A DNA stretch of 42,292 nt from positions 18,310,242 through 18,352,533 of the forward strand of contig NC_068989.1 in NCBI RefSeq assembly GCF_001194135.2. Direction: 5' to 3'. The notes beneath the pieces are model-generated. The model saw nothing but the letters and a program-made list of their open reading frames with translations, ran no database searches and was not told the DNA's origin. The translations under genes and the position numbers were made by a program. Positions 11,831-24,319 of this stretch are shown here, piece after piece (the first letter of the stretch is position 1; every line of letters begins with the position of its first letter). Source of the stretch: Octopus bimaculoides. Lineage: Eukaryota.

Positions 11831-13112
11831 TTTATCACGAAAGAGAGGGTGTATTCTATATACTATCGAAAAAGAAGTTGAAGAAAGGCCTAGCTGATAT
11901 GTAGTAGGTTGTGGGCTTCATCAACCGGAGTAGAGTATGTATTGAATCTTGTGCCTGGTTTTTAAGAGAATTCAGAAGAGAGGAGACTGGAGAAACTGCT
12001 GCGTCATACATCTGCCTGGTGTCACAATACACGGGGGGAAAGACCTGAAGACACGGTAAGAAATATTTGCCCTGACGTTGGCCCTTGCCTTCTCGTCACT
12101 TTTGTTGCACCTTACGGAAAGATGAATGCAGAAGTGACCTGCAACAACGTGTAATCAGGGGTCGTTTGCAAAACAAGGCTATCCTGGAGTTAAACATTAG
12201 TGAGGAAGCGTAGAAGTGTATCAGACTGGTGCTGAAGAGCAGGAGGCCTACTTGCTGCATGCTTACGTATAAGATATGCCCGTAATTGTTGAAAATGCAA
12301 AAAAAAAATGAAAGGGGACAACAGCAATCGATGGCAGAAACAACAATAGTAAATTGAAGCCTTGGCTAATGCTACCATTGTTTTCAGAGCTCCACCGGTT
12401 CCAGCTCCGAGAATAGCCATAACGGAGGCAAGTGAAATCACCTAATCTTCTGTACTGTTGGTGTTAGTGACCAACGAAGTAGAGCACCGCCAAGGCGAGG
12501 GAACTGATCAGAAGTTTCGAACAGCAATTCCATTTTATTGTGTTGCAGTGATGGGAGGAGTTGGACACTGGAGAGAAGGGGTAAATTACTGGGGATAGTA
12601 AAAAAGATGAGTACAGCCTTAAGGTGTGCAGAAAGCTGGGTGTCTATTTTGAAGGAGCACTACACACCTGGTGTACATGAATTAGATGGTAATCCAAAGG
12701 CACGGCATTTATTAACTGCTGAAAAAAACTGAAGGGAGACAAAACAAATATTGTGCAAATTGAGGAGTAGATGAGGGGAACAAACATTAACCCAGATGGT
12801 TGTTGAAAATAATGCAGACATTAGTAAAAGGATCATAATCTAGGAGATACTCACGGACATAAATTACAGAGTGGAAGGTAGTTGGATTGGTAGGATGTCC
12901 TGATTTTTAATCCGGTAATGGCTTCCCGCTCCTTTATGAGTGGATTGACCTTATTTGTTCTTATGTACTATATGTTTAACCTACTTTTTTTGTTTATTGC
13001 GTGCACTTTTACCTCATACTGTGAGTGCGTACATTCCCATATGCTTTGTAACCCTTTTGGGCGACATGTTTTGTTTCGTGTACAAGGGCTCCTGTGACCA
13101 ATAAAGAAAAGA
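11830..13112 (+). mobile_element. Decayed, internally deleted L1-Tx1-like element (ORF1 remnant, short ORF2 C-terminal remnant, 3' UTR)
   Basis: Interrupted frames read VRNICPDVGPCLLVTFVAPYGKM (RRM-like ORF1) and IRLVLKSRRPTCCMLTYKICP (decayed zinc knuckle). AATAAA lies at 13100-13105, followed by an A-rich end. Confidence 0.45.
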
Positions 13113-14790
13113 TTTATTACTATTTCAAGTACACCAGCTGAAAAAGTTGGATCAAAATTTATAATTCCCCTAGTATAGTTATTCTAGATGTTATCTAACT
13201 ATTATTAGCTTGAAATAATACATACAGCTCCTGGGACTGTTTTCTCGAATTTTCTACCTCTCAGGGAAAGGTGATGTTGGTAGTAGATGGTCGCCAGACT
13301 CCGTGTGTTAAAGTATTAACTTTCGCCCATTTACATTGTCACTTCAGTTTTTGCTTATTTTACATTCGCTGCAAGAATCCTGGAATTCGGAGTTTCTTTT
13401 CACATTGTTTAAACCAATTTCCCGTTCTAAGCCCACCTATGATCAAAAGCATTTCAAATATGATTTTCAGGTATCGTATATCGTGAGTTATATTATCCAA
13501 TCTATCGTTTTCTTTTTTTTTTTTTAAGAAGGTAAAGTATGATTTGAGGGAGGTTTGGATGATATTTCTCGCAAGACCTAGTAACAATGTAAAGGCTTGT
13601 GTGAGATGTTTTCACGGCAGTCATGTTTTGCTCAAATGGTTTAACATCATTAAGTGAAGTTAAATGGTTTCCAACTGAGAAATCTAAACGCTCAGTAATC
13701 TCTCTCTCTCTCTCTCTCCCTCCCTCTCTCTTTCTCTGTTTCTATCTGAAAGTGCTTTAGCTTTTGAAGTATATCTTTTACGTTCGTGGTAAATATGAGT
13801 TCTTTGACCCCAAATAAGAAATGTGTAAGACGTATGCAATCGACTAAACCATTCCCAAAATGTGTATGCTACTGAAAATAAAAGCCAGCTGTGATGGAAT
13901 TTGAACTCAGATCACAGAAAATACAGCAATGCATTTCATTCAATTTTTTACTGTTTCTGCCGACTCCCAACTCCGTGCATTTTAAGCTAATTAATGGCCT
14001 TTTAAATTAACAAACAAGGCTACAAATTTACAGGTGTTATATCATGTCGAATTACTCGAAGACTAATAGATAAGTGGTTTGTATTTTATTGAGAGCTTCC
14101 AAGGCTAAAAGACGGATCTTTCTGATTTGGCGGACACCATTTGTTTTGCTAACGAAACACTTTCAAACTTGGGACACTGGTAGAATGTATCATATAAAAC
14201 ATCTTTTACTCTTAGTGCTGTTGAGAAAAGTTTATATTTTTAAAGTTATTTCGTGTTAAAGATGTCGTATTTCGGTAATTTCAACCAATCACTGACGTCT
14301 ATTGAGGTGAAAACAATTATTGCTGTGGATTGTCAACAACACGTTGTGGCGGTGTAATGAGATCTTTTCGCTTGAATAAAATTAGTGCCGTTGTTTGTCA
14401 ACAACAACTATCGGCGGTACTGTTATTTATGACATCGTTCGTGCGTTTGCACTGGTTTTAGCTTTAGGGTTTTAGGGTTAGGGTTCATGTCCATCTATGC
14501 CGTATGAACTAAACACCATTCTAAACTATTATCCGGCCTCTAGAAATAACATTGCAACCACTCGCCGACATAGTTTCGACAACATTACTGATCTGTTAGA
14601 AATCTAAACGAAGTATTCCTCAAATTATAACTTACTGTTTTAAAAATGAAGGGCACCCTATATATACATATATAAAAAGAAGAAAAATAGAGCATGATGA
14701 TCACAGCTAAAATGCCATTGATCATCGGGGTGCGTAATCAGAGCTGACCTAGGATTAAACAAAAATAATGATAATATTATTCCTACGTTT

Positions 14791-15010
14791 AAGGCGGCGA
14801 GCTGGCAGAAACGTTAGCACGCCGGGCGAAATGCTTAGCGGTATTTCGTCTGTGTTTACGTTCTGAGTTCAAATTCCGCCGAGGCCGACTTTGCCTTTCA
14901 ACGTTTCGGGATCGATAAATTAAGTACCAGTTGAACAAAGGGGTCACTGTAATCGACTTCCCCCTCCCACTGAATTTCTAAGCCTAATGCCAAAATTTGA
15001 AATCAGTATT
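14791..15010 (+). mobile_element. tRNA-derived SINE family C, full length
   Basis: AGGCGGCGAGCTGGCAGAAACGTTAG head, GAGTTCAAATTCC B box, GACTTTGCCTTTCA..TTTCGGG..CGATAAATTAAGTACCAG body. It matches 23344 and 38550. Confidence 0.9.
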
Positions 15011-15489
15011 ATTCCTATGTTCTTTCTTAATTACAGCAGCAGCAACACCACCGCCATATGCGGTACCGTAATTAAGAATAGATACCACTATCAGTCACAC
15101 CAACAGCACCAACTACAATTCTCACTACCGTCTCCACCACCTTCACTATAGATACTACCTTCAATATCACCACTACAACCATCGCCACTTTCACTACCAC
15201 GCTTGTAATTCCACACACCCACAGCCAATATCATCACCACTCTCACCCGCAACATACCACCACATACCATTACCGCCGCCAACACCACCACCACCAGTTG
15301 CACAAGTAGTAGGTAAAAGTATACAACCATAGCAGCAGTAAAGATCAGATTAAATGTTTGTCAGTAATAGTAAACCTTTGATAATATTTTCTCAAGTTGA
15401 TACGATATTAACAATACTAACAACGATTGTCACCTTGCCAGTTAGCATATCTTTGGCACAGAAACGACGTTTATAAAGACATCACCCGT

Positions 15490-15810
15490 GCTAGGAGGCA
15501 GGCAAGAAATATCTTCCAGTTCTTTACATACTGAGTTCAAATCCTACCGAGGTTAACTTTGCCGTTCATCATTTCGGAGTCAATAAGGTACCATTCAAAT
15601 ACTGGTTGATAGCTGAATGGAATCGACCAACAAACACCCTTCTCTCAAAATTACTGGCCCTGTTGTCTAAATCAACAACCTCTCGTAATTATGTTGCTGT
15701 TTGTTAGGAAGGCGAGTAACCAGAAGCATTAGGAATGCCGGACAAAATGCTTAGCGGTATTTCTTCCGGCTTTACGTTCTGAGTTCAAATCCCGCCAAGG
15801 TTAACTTGTG
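15490..15810 (+). mobile_element. Two diverged or truncated SINE C copies in tandem (~15490-15680 and ~15708-15808)
   Basis: Both contain CTGAGTTCAAATCC..CC.AGGTTAACTT. Confidence 0.7.
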
Positions 15811-16477
15811 CGGATATGCCCGGACAATGCATACGTAAGAATACATTCAAATATGAAATAGAAAATAGAAGCAGCACTAGTGTAATACATCAGGTATCAA
15901 GCTAATCAATGTGTCTTTTTCAAAGTACTTCCAGTATCTGTGAAGTAAAGCATTCAAATTTCTTTTGGTGCATGGTTTAATTTCTGTAAGCGCCAAGAAG
16001 GTGTAATCGAATCGAATTCATGACTGGTATATATTTTAATAATAGTTGATAGAAGACGAAAAAATCAATAATAATCAAAAGAATTGAGAAATCAATAATA
16101 GGCAATAGAACTGATAAAGACCGAAACTATTAATTGTTTGAGAGGGCAAGAACCAAGTTTATTCCAGAAGAGGTGTTGCTGGTTAGACCCAAGTCAGTGT
16201 TAGTTGAGCAGACCTTCGATCAAAGGCGTTCCAGCCATGACTTCCTGTCTCTCTATTTTTTTCTTCTTTCAAGTGTTGTAAACTGAGGACTTGTTCTTTG
16301 TTTCAGGATGAAAGCGTGTGTTTTGAGAGACATTTGACTGCTACTTCTAACAAGTCTAGCGACCATGTGAATATTGCTTTGTCGTCTTAAGTCCATCTCA
16401 TGACTGTAACTGTGGTTTCACTCAATGTCAACCCTGATCGAGCAGACTGTATGTTTCTAGGACTATAATATCTCATG

Positions 16478-16847
16478 GTGGAGGCGCAATGGCCCAGTGG
16501 TTAGGGCAGCGGACTCGCGGTTTCGATTCCCAGACCGGGCGTTGTGAGTGTTTATTGAGAGAAAACATCTTAAGCTCCATGAGGCTCCGGCAGTGGATGG
16601 TGGCGAACCCTGCTGTACTCTTTCACCACAACTTTCTCTCACTCTTACTTCCTGTTTCTCTTGTGCCTGTAATTCAAAGGGTCAGCCTTGTCACACTGAG
16701 TCACGCTGAATATCCCCGAGAACTACGTTAAGGGTACACGTGTCTGTGGAGTGCTCAGCCACTTGCACGTTAATTTCACGAGCAGGCTGTTCCATTGATC
16801 GGATCAACTGGAACCCTCGACGTCGTAAGCGACTGAGTGCCAACAAC
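16478..16847 (+). mobile_element. SINE family A, full length, 11-bp TSD, inserted into a family G repeat
   Basis: TSD AATATCTCATG at 16467-16477 and 16848-16858; A and B boxes present; (CAA)n tail; 14-bp head deletion at a TCGCGG direct repeat. Confidence 0.96.
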
Positions 16848-17400
16848 AATATCTCATGATTCTGATCTGTTTAAGACAGGATTTGAGGGAGAATTAACTA
16901 CTATATCAAGCACTCCGAAAAGCTGCTTTGACTAACTAACTAACGCAATACATATTTGATCAACGCTGTGGGGAGACGGGGGTGCGACTAATTAATGGGA
17001 AACCCAGACCGTAATAGACTATAAACATAGAACTTAATAGATGTACGTAACACCATACAGCCGTCTGCTGATGCTGCCAAACACACCGTTCTGTTGAGAA
17101 AACACGAGATTTCAGTTCTCACAGCAACCAAATATTAAAACTAGTGTGTGATGACTTTAATACTTATCTATCTATCGGTTTGTTTACTTATCTCTCACTA
17201 CTTCTTTATCATTGCCTCTCCCCCACCCATCTCTCTCGTTCGTTCTTCCACCTACTTCTTAGTCTTATCTCCTCCTTTCACCACCATCTATCAACCTGCC
17301 AAAACTCGCCACGGTGTACCTCATTATACGAAAGAATTAACAAAATAACTGCCGCCGTTTGATCTTCCACGTTCTTACTTCTCTACTGTTTAACTCTCTC

Positions 17401-17441
<41 letters not shown>

Positions 17442-17715
17442 CTATTTCTCTTCTTTCTCTCTCTCCCTCTGTCTATCTCTCTCTCCCTCTATCTATCTAT
17501 CTATCTTTCCCTATAGGTCTCGCATTAATAGACTACCTTCTTCTCTCCCAAGTGGTTTCACCCACTAATTACACGCGAATAACTACCAGCCAAACAAGGG
17601 AGTTTCTACGTTGCCGCTAGAAATAGCAACCAAATAATTGTCAAAATTATACCCTATTATCAAAAAAAGGAAAGGAGCCCTAGAAGATGAGATACTGGAT
17701 ACACTAGGGTCACTC

Positions 17716-18417
17716 ATTATTTTTGAGAAGAGTGTCAAATATATATATTTTTGCAAGGAAAATGTGTCAGTTATTTAGAAGTTTCCCTTGTGTCGCAAAC
17801 CCTACAGAAAATCACGGTTTTCCTGACCACTTATTTAAGCGCTTCCTATCGTTCTTACTTCACCCAGAAGCGCATGTTCAGAGCAGGCCCGTTCACACGA
17901 ACCATGCTCGCCACTCTCATCCACCTTTCAATAAACCTGCTAGAAGGGAGCACTCCCTCCCCACTCTGATCCGCCTCTTCAAGTAAAACCTGAAAAAGTT
18001 GATCAGAAATTCGCCAGAGGAAAGAGCCCTTCTTCAGCCCTTTCAGTATTGCCCACCACACAAACGCTTTCGCCATGGCCACCAGGCAGATGAAAACTGC
18101 CCAGCCTTCCCGATCAAAGGAAGAGGACGGAGCAATCGTAACAATAGACTCGTTTGACAGCCAGATCTGTGTGACACGCGACAGCAAATGCTCGACCTAA
18201 GCCCACACTTCAGAAATTGTCGGGCACTGGACGAGTGCGTACAGAACGGTTTCATCGCTCTGCGCACATCTCGGGCAGTTCCGACTGACGGCACTTCCGT
18301 GCCTGTGGAGTTTATCCCTAACCGGCAACGCTCCCCAGTAGCATTGCCAGGCCAGGGATATCTGGAAGTTATCCATAGGCCCCAGCCCGAAAGTTATCCG
18401 TAGGCCCCGGCCCGAAA
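17716..18417 (-). mobile_element. 5'-truncated L1-Tx1 LINE: ORF2 C-terminal zinc-finger (zf-RVT-like) region plus 3' UTR
   Basis: One minus frame reads FGLGPMDNFQISLAWQCYWGALPVRDKLHRHGSAVSRNCPRCAQSDETVLYALVQCPTISEVWA*VEHLLSRV...AMAKAFVWW...RFIERW. It has a CCHC-type motif (H mutated to Y) and one internal stop. Confidence 0.85.
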
Positions 18418-18420
18418 ATA

Positions 18421-18997
18421 CAAGAACATTTTTACTTAAAATATTGCAACTAAGGATAAAATTTGAATATTAAAAATTATTTGATTTTAATTTACAAAGT
18501 AACATTATAAATAAAAAAGGTACCATCATTTTGTTAAAATATCGACACACTCGAATAAGTACCAGTATAGCTAAAGTTTTATGCAAAGTAGAATAGTATA
18601 TATGGTAAGCAAATTCAAGACTAAAAATGTGAAAACTTAGCAATACCTCAAGCAAATTTTACTGTGAATTTGTTATTATAGGTAGATTTTACTGTAATAT
18701 ACAACTAATTTTTGTATTATTCTATTTATTGTACTAATTACGTACTACTATTATTTTTTATAACCTATTTTCAAATTCCTAATTATAAATTAATAATTAG
18801 GAAAATAAATTTTTTAAAGTGCAAAAAGTATTTTAATTAAGTTATTTTTAATTTTTAATAGAAGTAACAAGTAATAACAAATACAAGTAATAGCTTCTAA
18901 TAAAATTTTTAGTTTTAACAAAAGCTAATATTTTCTAAATCTAAATATTTTATTTGAAATTTTATCCTTAGCTGCAATATTTTTAAAAAATTTCTTG
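18421..18997. mobile_element. AT-rich MITE-like element with ~44-bp imperfect TIRs
   Basis: 18421-18464 (CAAGAACATTTT..AATATTGCAACTAAGGATAAAATTT) is the inverted counterpart of 18957-18997. Confidence 0.7.
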
Positions 18998-19066
18998 TTC
19001 TGTACTTTACCAGATGTAATAACTTGCTTGAATTTTTCCAAGTGTAATAACTTGTCCTGTGCTAGG

Positions 19067-19446
19067 TACTTATTGGTTATCTCACCCCCATTAAGAAAAT
19101 TGGGTTATCTCTCCCGTTTTACGAGAAATATCAGTACTTTTGGTCATCTCCCTCAACTAAAAATATTGTTTAACCCTCAATAAAACAAAAAAAGAAAAAT
19201 TAAAAATTAATAAACATGAAAGCTGAAAAAATTAAGCATCTTATTGAATCTAACATTTTTATAACAAATTATACCATGCCTATTGGGGAGGCCAAATGTC
19301 AACAATATGTTGAAGTATTGAATAAAAATGATCTAATTCTTAATCCAATCTCTTCTCGCCACATTAACTCTATTTTTTAGAGGGGAGATAACCCAATGTT
19401 TTAATGGCAGTTTTTTTTTAATGGGGGGTGAGATAACCAAAAAGTA
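19067..19446. mobile_element. MITE-like element with bipartite TIRs, possibly TA-flanked
   Basis: TACTTATTGGTTATCTCACCCCCATTAA..TTGGGTTATCTCTCCC is mirrored by GGGGAGATAACCCAA..TTAATGGGGGGTGAGATAACCAAAAAGTA. Confidence 0.8.
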
Positions 19447-19489
19447 TTCTGTACTTTTCCAGGTTTATAATCTTCAGAATATTATTTCT

Positions 19490-19740
19490 CTTGCTCGCAT
19501 TTTTCCATGTAATGTATGTATTCGTGAATCGATGAATGAAACCAACTTGTCTGAGAGATAAATGAACCCGTAAAAGGATTTTCACTACAACTTGCCATGG
19601 AGAAAAAAATTTCTTACTTGCTTGAAATTAAAAAGTTCTGTGCACTCTCTGTTGATATCTAGTACCGATGAGAATTAAGCGTTCGAAACGCCTGCCTCCA
19701 TCAGTCCAATAAGTATAGGACATAGAAACTCTTAGAAGGG
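19490..19740 (+). mobile_element. Penelope-like element 3' end (GIY-YIG ORF C-terminus remnant plus terminal repeat)
   Basis: CNVCIRES (from 19508), then after a frameshift TRKRIFTTTCHGEKNFLL, matching the PLE CNLC..E...NKRSE..S.CRH..KFLL ending. A hammerhead-like motif follows at 19665. Confidence 0.65.
19661..19695 (+). ncRNA. Degenerate minimal hammerhead-like motif
   Basis: CCGATGA-GAA(ttaagcg)TTC-GAAA-CGCC-TGC: 3-bp stem II, U4C, and U16.1 mutated to C. Probably inactive. Confidence 0.4.
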
Positions 19741-20275
19741 AAGATGGCACCAGCCACAGAAATTTATACACACACACACATATTCACATACATGTGTGTG
19801 GTGGGGTGTCCAAATGGTGTCTGTGTACTGTTCTCAGATCCCGATAAAGTTACAAAGAAGAAGAAGCAAAAAGGACAGCTATTTATTATAGCAAGAAAAT
19901 TGAGGTCGACTGGGGTGAATTCTTACTCGCCTGAAATGGTGTTGGGGGAACCTAGATTAAAACACGGACTTGACGTGATTGGGTTATAATTGTCTCATAT
20001 TCGTACACCAGATGCTCTTGAAACACTAAGAACTGTTTCCTCCTCGTGATTTCTTTTCTTGAATTTCTTTTATCCTCTTACTCGTGATGAATTTCCATCA
20101 CTTAAGTCTGAAAATATAAATATCCTTTGATGTCATTTGATAAATATTTCTTGAAGAGGATTTAGGCACCACCCAATAAAACACATCAACGGTCGTTTCA
20201 ATGAAACCAGAATTTATGTTCACAGATACAATCTCTTTCTCTCCCCCTCTCTCTCTCTCTCTGTACCTTTCTTTT

Positions 20276-20309
<34 letters not shown>

Positions 20310-21629
20310 NNNNNNNNNNNNNNNNNNNNNNNNNNNNNNNNNNNNNNNNNNNNNNNNNNNNNNNNNNNNNNNNNNNNNNNNNNNNNNNNNNNNNNNNNNN
20401 NNNNNNNNNNNNNNNNNNNNNNNNNNNNNNNNNNNNNNNNNNNNNNNNNNNNNNNNNNNNNNNNNNNNNNNNNNNNNNNNNNNNNNNNNNNNNNNNNNNN
20501 NNNNNNNNNNNNNNNNNNNNNNNNNNNNNNNNNNNNNNNNNNNNNNNNNNNNNNNNNNNNNNNNNNNNNNNNNNNNNNNNNNNNNNNNNNNNNNNNNNNN
20601 NNNNNNNNNNNNNNNNNNNNNNNNNNNNNNNNNNNNNNNNNNNNNNNNNNNNNNNNNNNNNNNNNNNNNNNNNNNNNNNNNNNNNNNNNNNNNNNNNNNN
20701 NNNNNTGTGTGTGTGTGTGTGTGTGTGTTAGATATTTATTGCCTTCACGGCTCACCAACAAACTAATTTTTATGTCTTCTGACACAGACCACCACATGTC
20801 ATTTCAATATCATTTAAAAAACTTCTTCCTTGAATTTCTAATCATTATATTATCATTTTAATCCGTTTTATTCACACCTGCTTTGTCCACAAATTACTTT
20901 TACACTCACTGGAAATATATACATTAAAAAATGTTGATGTATAACGCCAGACCCTTTACCCTCTTTACTATTCTATACTCCTGCCCCTGCATTCCTGTCA
21001 TCAGTTTCTTTTTAATAGGTAAAAAAATGTTAAAGTTTTTCTTATTAGTGGTAGCGAGGGGAATAGGAAGTTATAGCAGTCATTATTTTCTTGGGAACAT
21101 TTGTAGTTCAAATGAACTTAATACATCTGACCGGAAACATGAACTTGATCGTGTATTCGGTTCACTTGAAGTTCAGCTCTAGTCTACGTTTATCATACAC
21201 CACTCAACAATATTAGTTTCAGCTGGTGTTAACATATTTAATTCACGGACCATTAAATATCTAAATTTAAAATAAATATGCAGTAAGTAAAAAAGGGGTG
21301 GATGGATATTAATTAATGACTAATGTATATATTTAATTTTTCAAATGAATACAGGATATAACTCTGGACATGTTTTGTGACATATTTTGCTTTTCTTGCA
21401 AAGAAGTGTAGCCACCGTGTAACTACCGAATAAACTTCTCCATACATATTTCTTTCAAGTGTATATTTATTTAGAATACGCCCAGTGCAATAAATAAGCC
21501 AACATCTAGTGATGTAGATAAGTAACGTCTCTGAATTATTATCGATTTAAAAGTCTTATACTTTTAGAGAAATCACTAAACGGATTAATGTGATGCTCGT
21601 ATTTCTCTTGAGGTGAATAGCAGGATGGA

Positions 21630-22108
21630 TCTTTTCCGTTTGGCTGCCAGCATTTCAAAGATTAAAGTTTATTGAAAATTTTAAAATTTGGCATATTAAT
21701 GTACTTTCCCAAGTTGAATTGCTAGAGTTATTTCACTTTTTCCACAGTTCATTGAAAAGGAAAGTTAAAAATGCATTCAATCAATTTCTCGAACAAATCA
21801 CAATTTTCATATCTCCTGCTCCACATAAATTCACAAGCTCAATTATCAACAGATAGGTAAAACAAATGGTTTCAATATATATGTCAACGCGTGCTTTCTC
21901 GCTGACAAAAGAGTTCTCATGTTCCGCTTGTTACTTTGGAAACAGGCATGAATGTGTCTGTGACTTACGATTGACTAAAATTACCCAAAATTTTCAAACT
22001 TTAAAAAGCTAATAACTCTTTACTTATTGATTTATGGCGAAAATGATTTTCATGTCATTCATTAGCCTATAAAAGTGTATTATTATGCTGGCAGCCAAAC
22101 CGAAGAGA
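21630..22108. mobile_element. MITE-like element with ~24-bp TIRs
   Basis: TCTTTTCCGTTTGGCTGCCAGCAT (left) versus ATGCTGGCAGCCAAACCGAAGAGA (right), with 2 mismatches. Confidence 0.75.
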
Positions 22109-23343
22109 TACGTAGGATAAATGAAGCCAACTGATTAACAAAACATGTCGCTCTCTCAACTCGTCAGAAGCTTTTTTCTTGTAAAAGGAAAAGGAAAGTT
22201 ATTCAAGGGGACGTCAACATATATACATTACAGCTGTAGGTTCTTTCGGTTTGATGACTTTGATGTTTTCTTGGATCATCAAAAGCTTAATTTCTATAAG
22301 AAAAATACAGCGCAGAAGGGATTTCAGAGGACTGCAAATTTTCACAGAATAAGCGCTAAGAATTAAGAAAGACAAAAGTAGATATTAAGACTTTGAGCTG
22401 TTGTTGTTGCTGTTGTTTATCCGTTGGTCAGCTCTGACTATTATCAAAAAATATTCTACCTCTGATCCGCCTGATTTTTGTATATCAGACGCAGTGAAAT
22501 CTAGGACCACACATATATTAATAGGCCCTTTTTTTTCTTAAGATTGTCAGGTGGGATTTGAAGGTTTACTGTTATTTCTATTAGACTAGTCGATAGCGTA
22601 GAGGCTCCGTTGCAAGCCATTTATAAATGTGAAGATGACAAATTGTTGATATTTATTTTATTAAATCGCCAACCAATAAAAACAAAATGCACACAAAACG
22701 CTTTTCTAATACATGCTGTTTATTTTGTGTAACTGGGCTTTTTTTTTCAGTATATAGTTTACTTAGACTGGGATATGTTGAACAGAATTGGACCCATAGT
22801 TAAAATAAGTTGCTAAAAGAACAAACTTTCGATAAAGAATTACAAAAAAAATCATATATAAAAAGAAATTCTTTCGTTTAATAATCACTAATGATAAAAC
22901 AAACAGACCTCTTGAGCTTTAGTAGTCTCCGAAATACCAGAGCAGTCAAGCAATTTGGGAAAACAGTGACGTTTAGTTTCTTTAATGGTCTGGTATGTTG
23001 GATGGGGCGAATGAATGCTGTAGTGTACAAAACATTTATGAAATAAAACGATTTATTAAATATACAAAAAATAAACTAATAAACAGTTTATGAAATAAAA
23101 GAAATATTTGTGAGAGTGGAGTGTATATATATGTGTGCCTGCATGAGTATTTAAGTTTCAGGGAAAAGAAAGTGATATGTAAGCGTATATGTGTATGCTT
23201 TCACATTAAAAAAATGCTTTATGTACCTATATCAATTAATATACAGAAAGTGTGTATGTATATGCATAGACAAACGATTCATACAGTCGTCTAAGAAATT
23301 ATAAGTCAGAAAAATACTTTGATTTTCATATCGGTATGCTGCG

Positions 23344-23557
23344 AGGCGGCGAGATGGCAGAATCGTTAGCACACAGAGCGAAATGTTTAGCGGCATTTCG
23401 TCCGTCTTCACGTTCTGAGTTCAAGTTACGCCGGGGGCGACTTTGTGTTTCATCCTTTCGGGGTCGATAAAATAAGTACTAGTTACGCACTGAGGTCGAT
23501 CTAATCAACTTAGCCCCTCCCTCAAAACTGCTGGCCTTGTGCCAAAATTTGAAACCA
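23344..23557 (+). mobile_element. SINE family C, full length, fused directly to a headless B/D element
   Basis: Colinear with 14791-15010; ends GAAACCA and continues AAGCTTTGTGAGTGAATCTGGTAGACGG. Confidence 0.9.
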
Positions 23558-23728
23558 AAGCTTTGTGAGTGAATCTGGTAGACGGAAACTGGAAGAAGCC
23601 CGTCATATATATATATATATAGAATAAGTTCTTCACCGATAATGGTGTTTACATACCGAAGGGCTTGGTAAAAATTATCAATTATTAATAAATTAATAAA
23701 TTGATAATCCTTTACCCTTTTATTTGTA

Positions 23729-23766
<38 letters not shown>

Positions 23767-23980
23767 TTGTCCCTCCACCTGAGTTTGTCCTCCAATACCG
23801 CTTGACAACTGAAGCTGGTGTGTTTATGTCCCCGTAACTTAGCGGTTCGGCTACAGTAACCGATAGAATAAGTACTAGGCTTACAAAAAATAAATCTTGG
23901 GGTCGATCTCTTTGACTAAAACCCTTTAAGGTAGTACTCCAACATGGCTGTAGTCAAATGACTGAAACAAGTAAAATAAG
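23552..23980 (+). mobile_element. Headless SINE B/D with a ~110-bp insertion inside its internal (TA)n
   Basis: B segment 23552-23604, insert 23621-23728, D tail 23761-23980 (CGCTTGACAAC...GATAGAATAAGTACTAGGCTTAC...ACTGAAACAAGTAAAA). Confidence 0.85.
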
Positions 23981-24319
23981 CGTATATAGAGGAGCATCCG
24001 CGTATGTGTTTATTTTGTTTTGTTGTGTTTTTTTTTGTTTTTTTTGTTTTGTTTTCAGTTGGGTTTTTTCCCTTTCATTCAAGTGAGAATGCAGCGCCCA
24101 TGGTTCTTTGCAGGTTCTCCGAGATCGGTGAAAGGGAGAAAAGTATCTTCAAGCCGAGAATCTTGTCCGAAATCGTGTAACAGAGTGGAACTCGAAGTGC
24201 TGAAAGAAATGGGGTTTTTGTACATATCTACACATAGAAAAGTAAGAAGGGAAATAATCCTTTAAGAGAAATTTGTGATGAGCGCATATGTTTGAGTGTG
24301 TACTATTAACGCTATGTCT

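Noticed and set aside
14285-14300. CCAAT plus TGACGTC (CRE-like) promoter motifs
   Set aside because: It lies inside a probable repeat, with no downstream gene or TSS evidence.
15030-15310. CAC/ACT-rich tract giving a Val/Gly-rich ORF
   Set aside because: Cryptic trinucleotide simple sequence, like those at 7980-8083 and 10365-10480.
16478-16545. tRNA gene candidates at SINE heads
   Set aside because: A and B boxes are present, but there is no complete cloverleaf. They continue into SINE bodies with TSDs.
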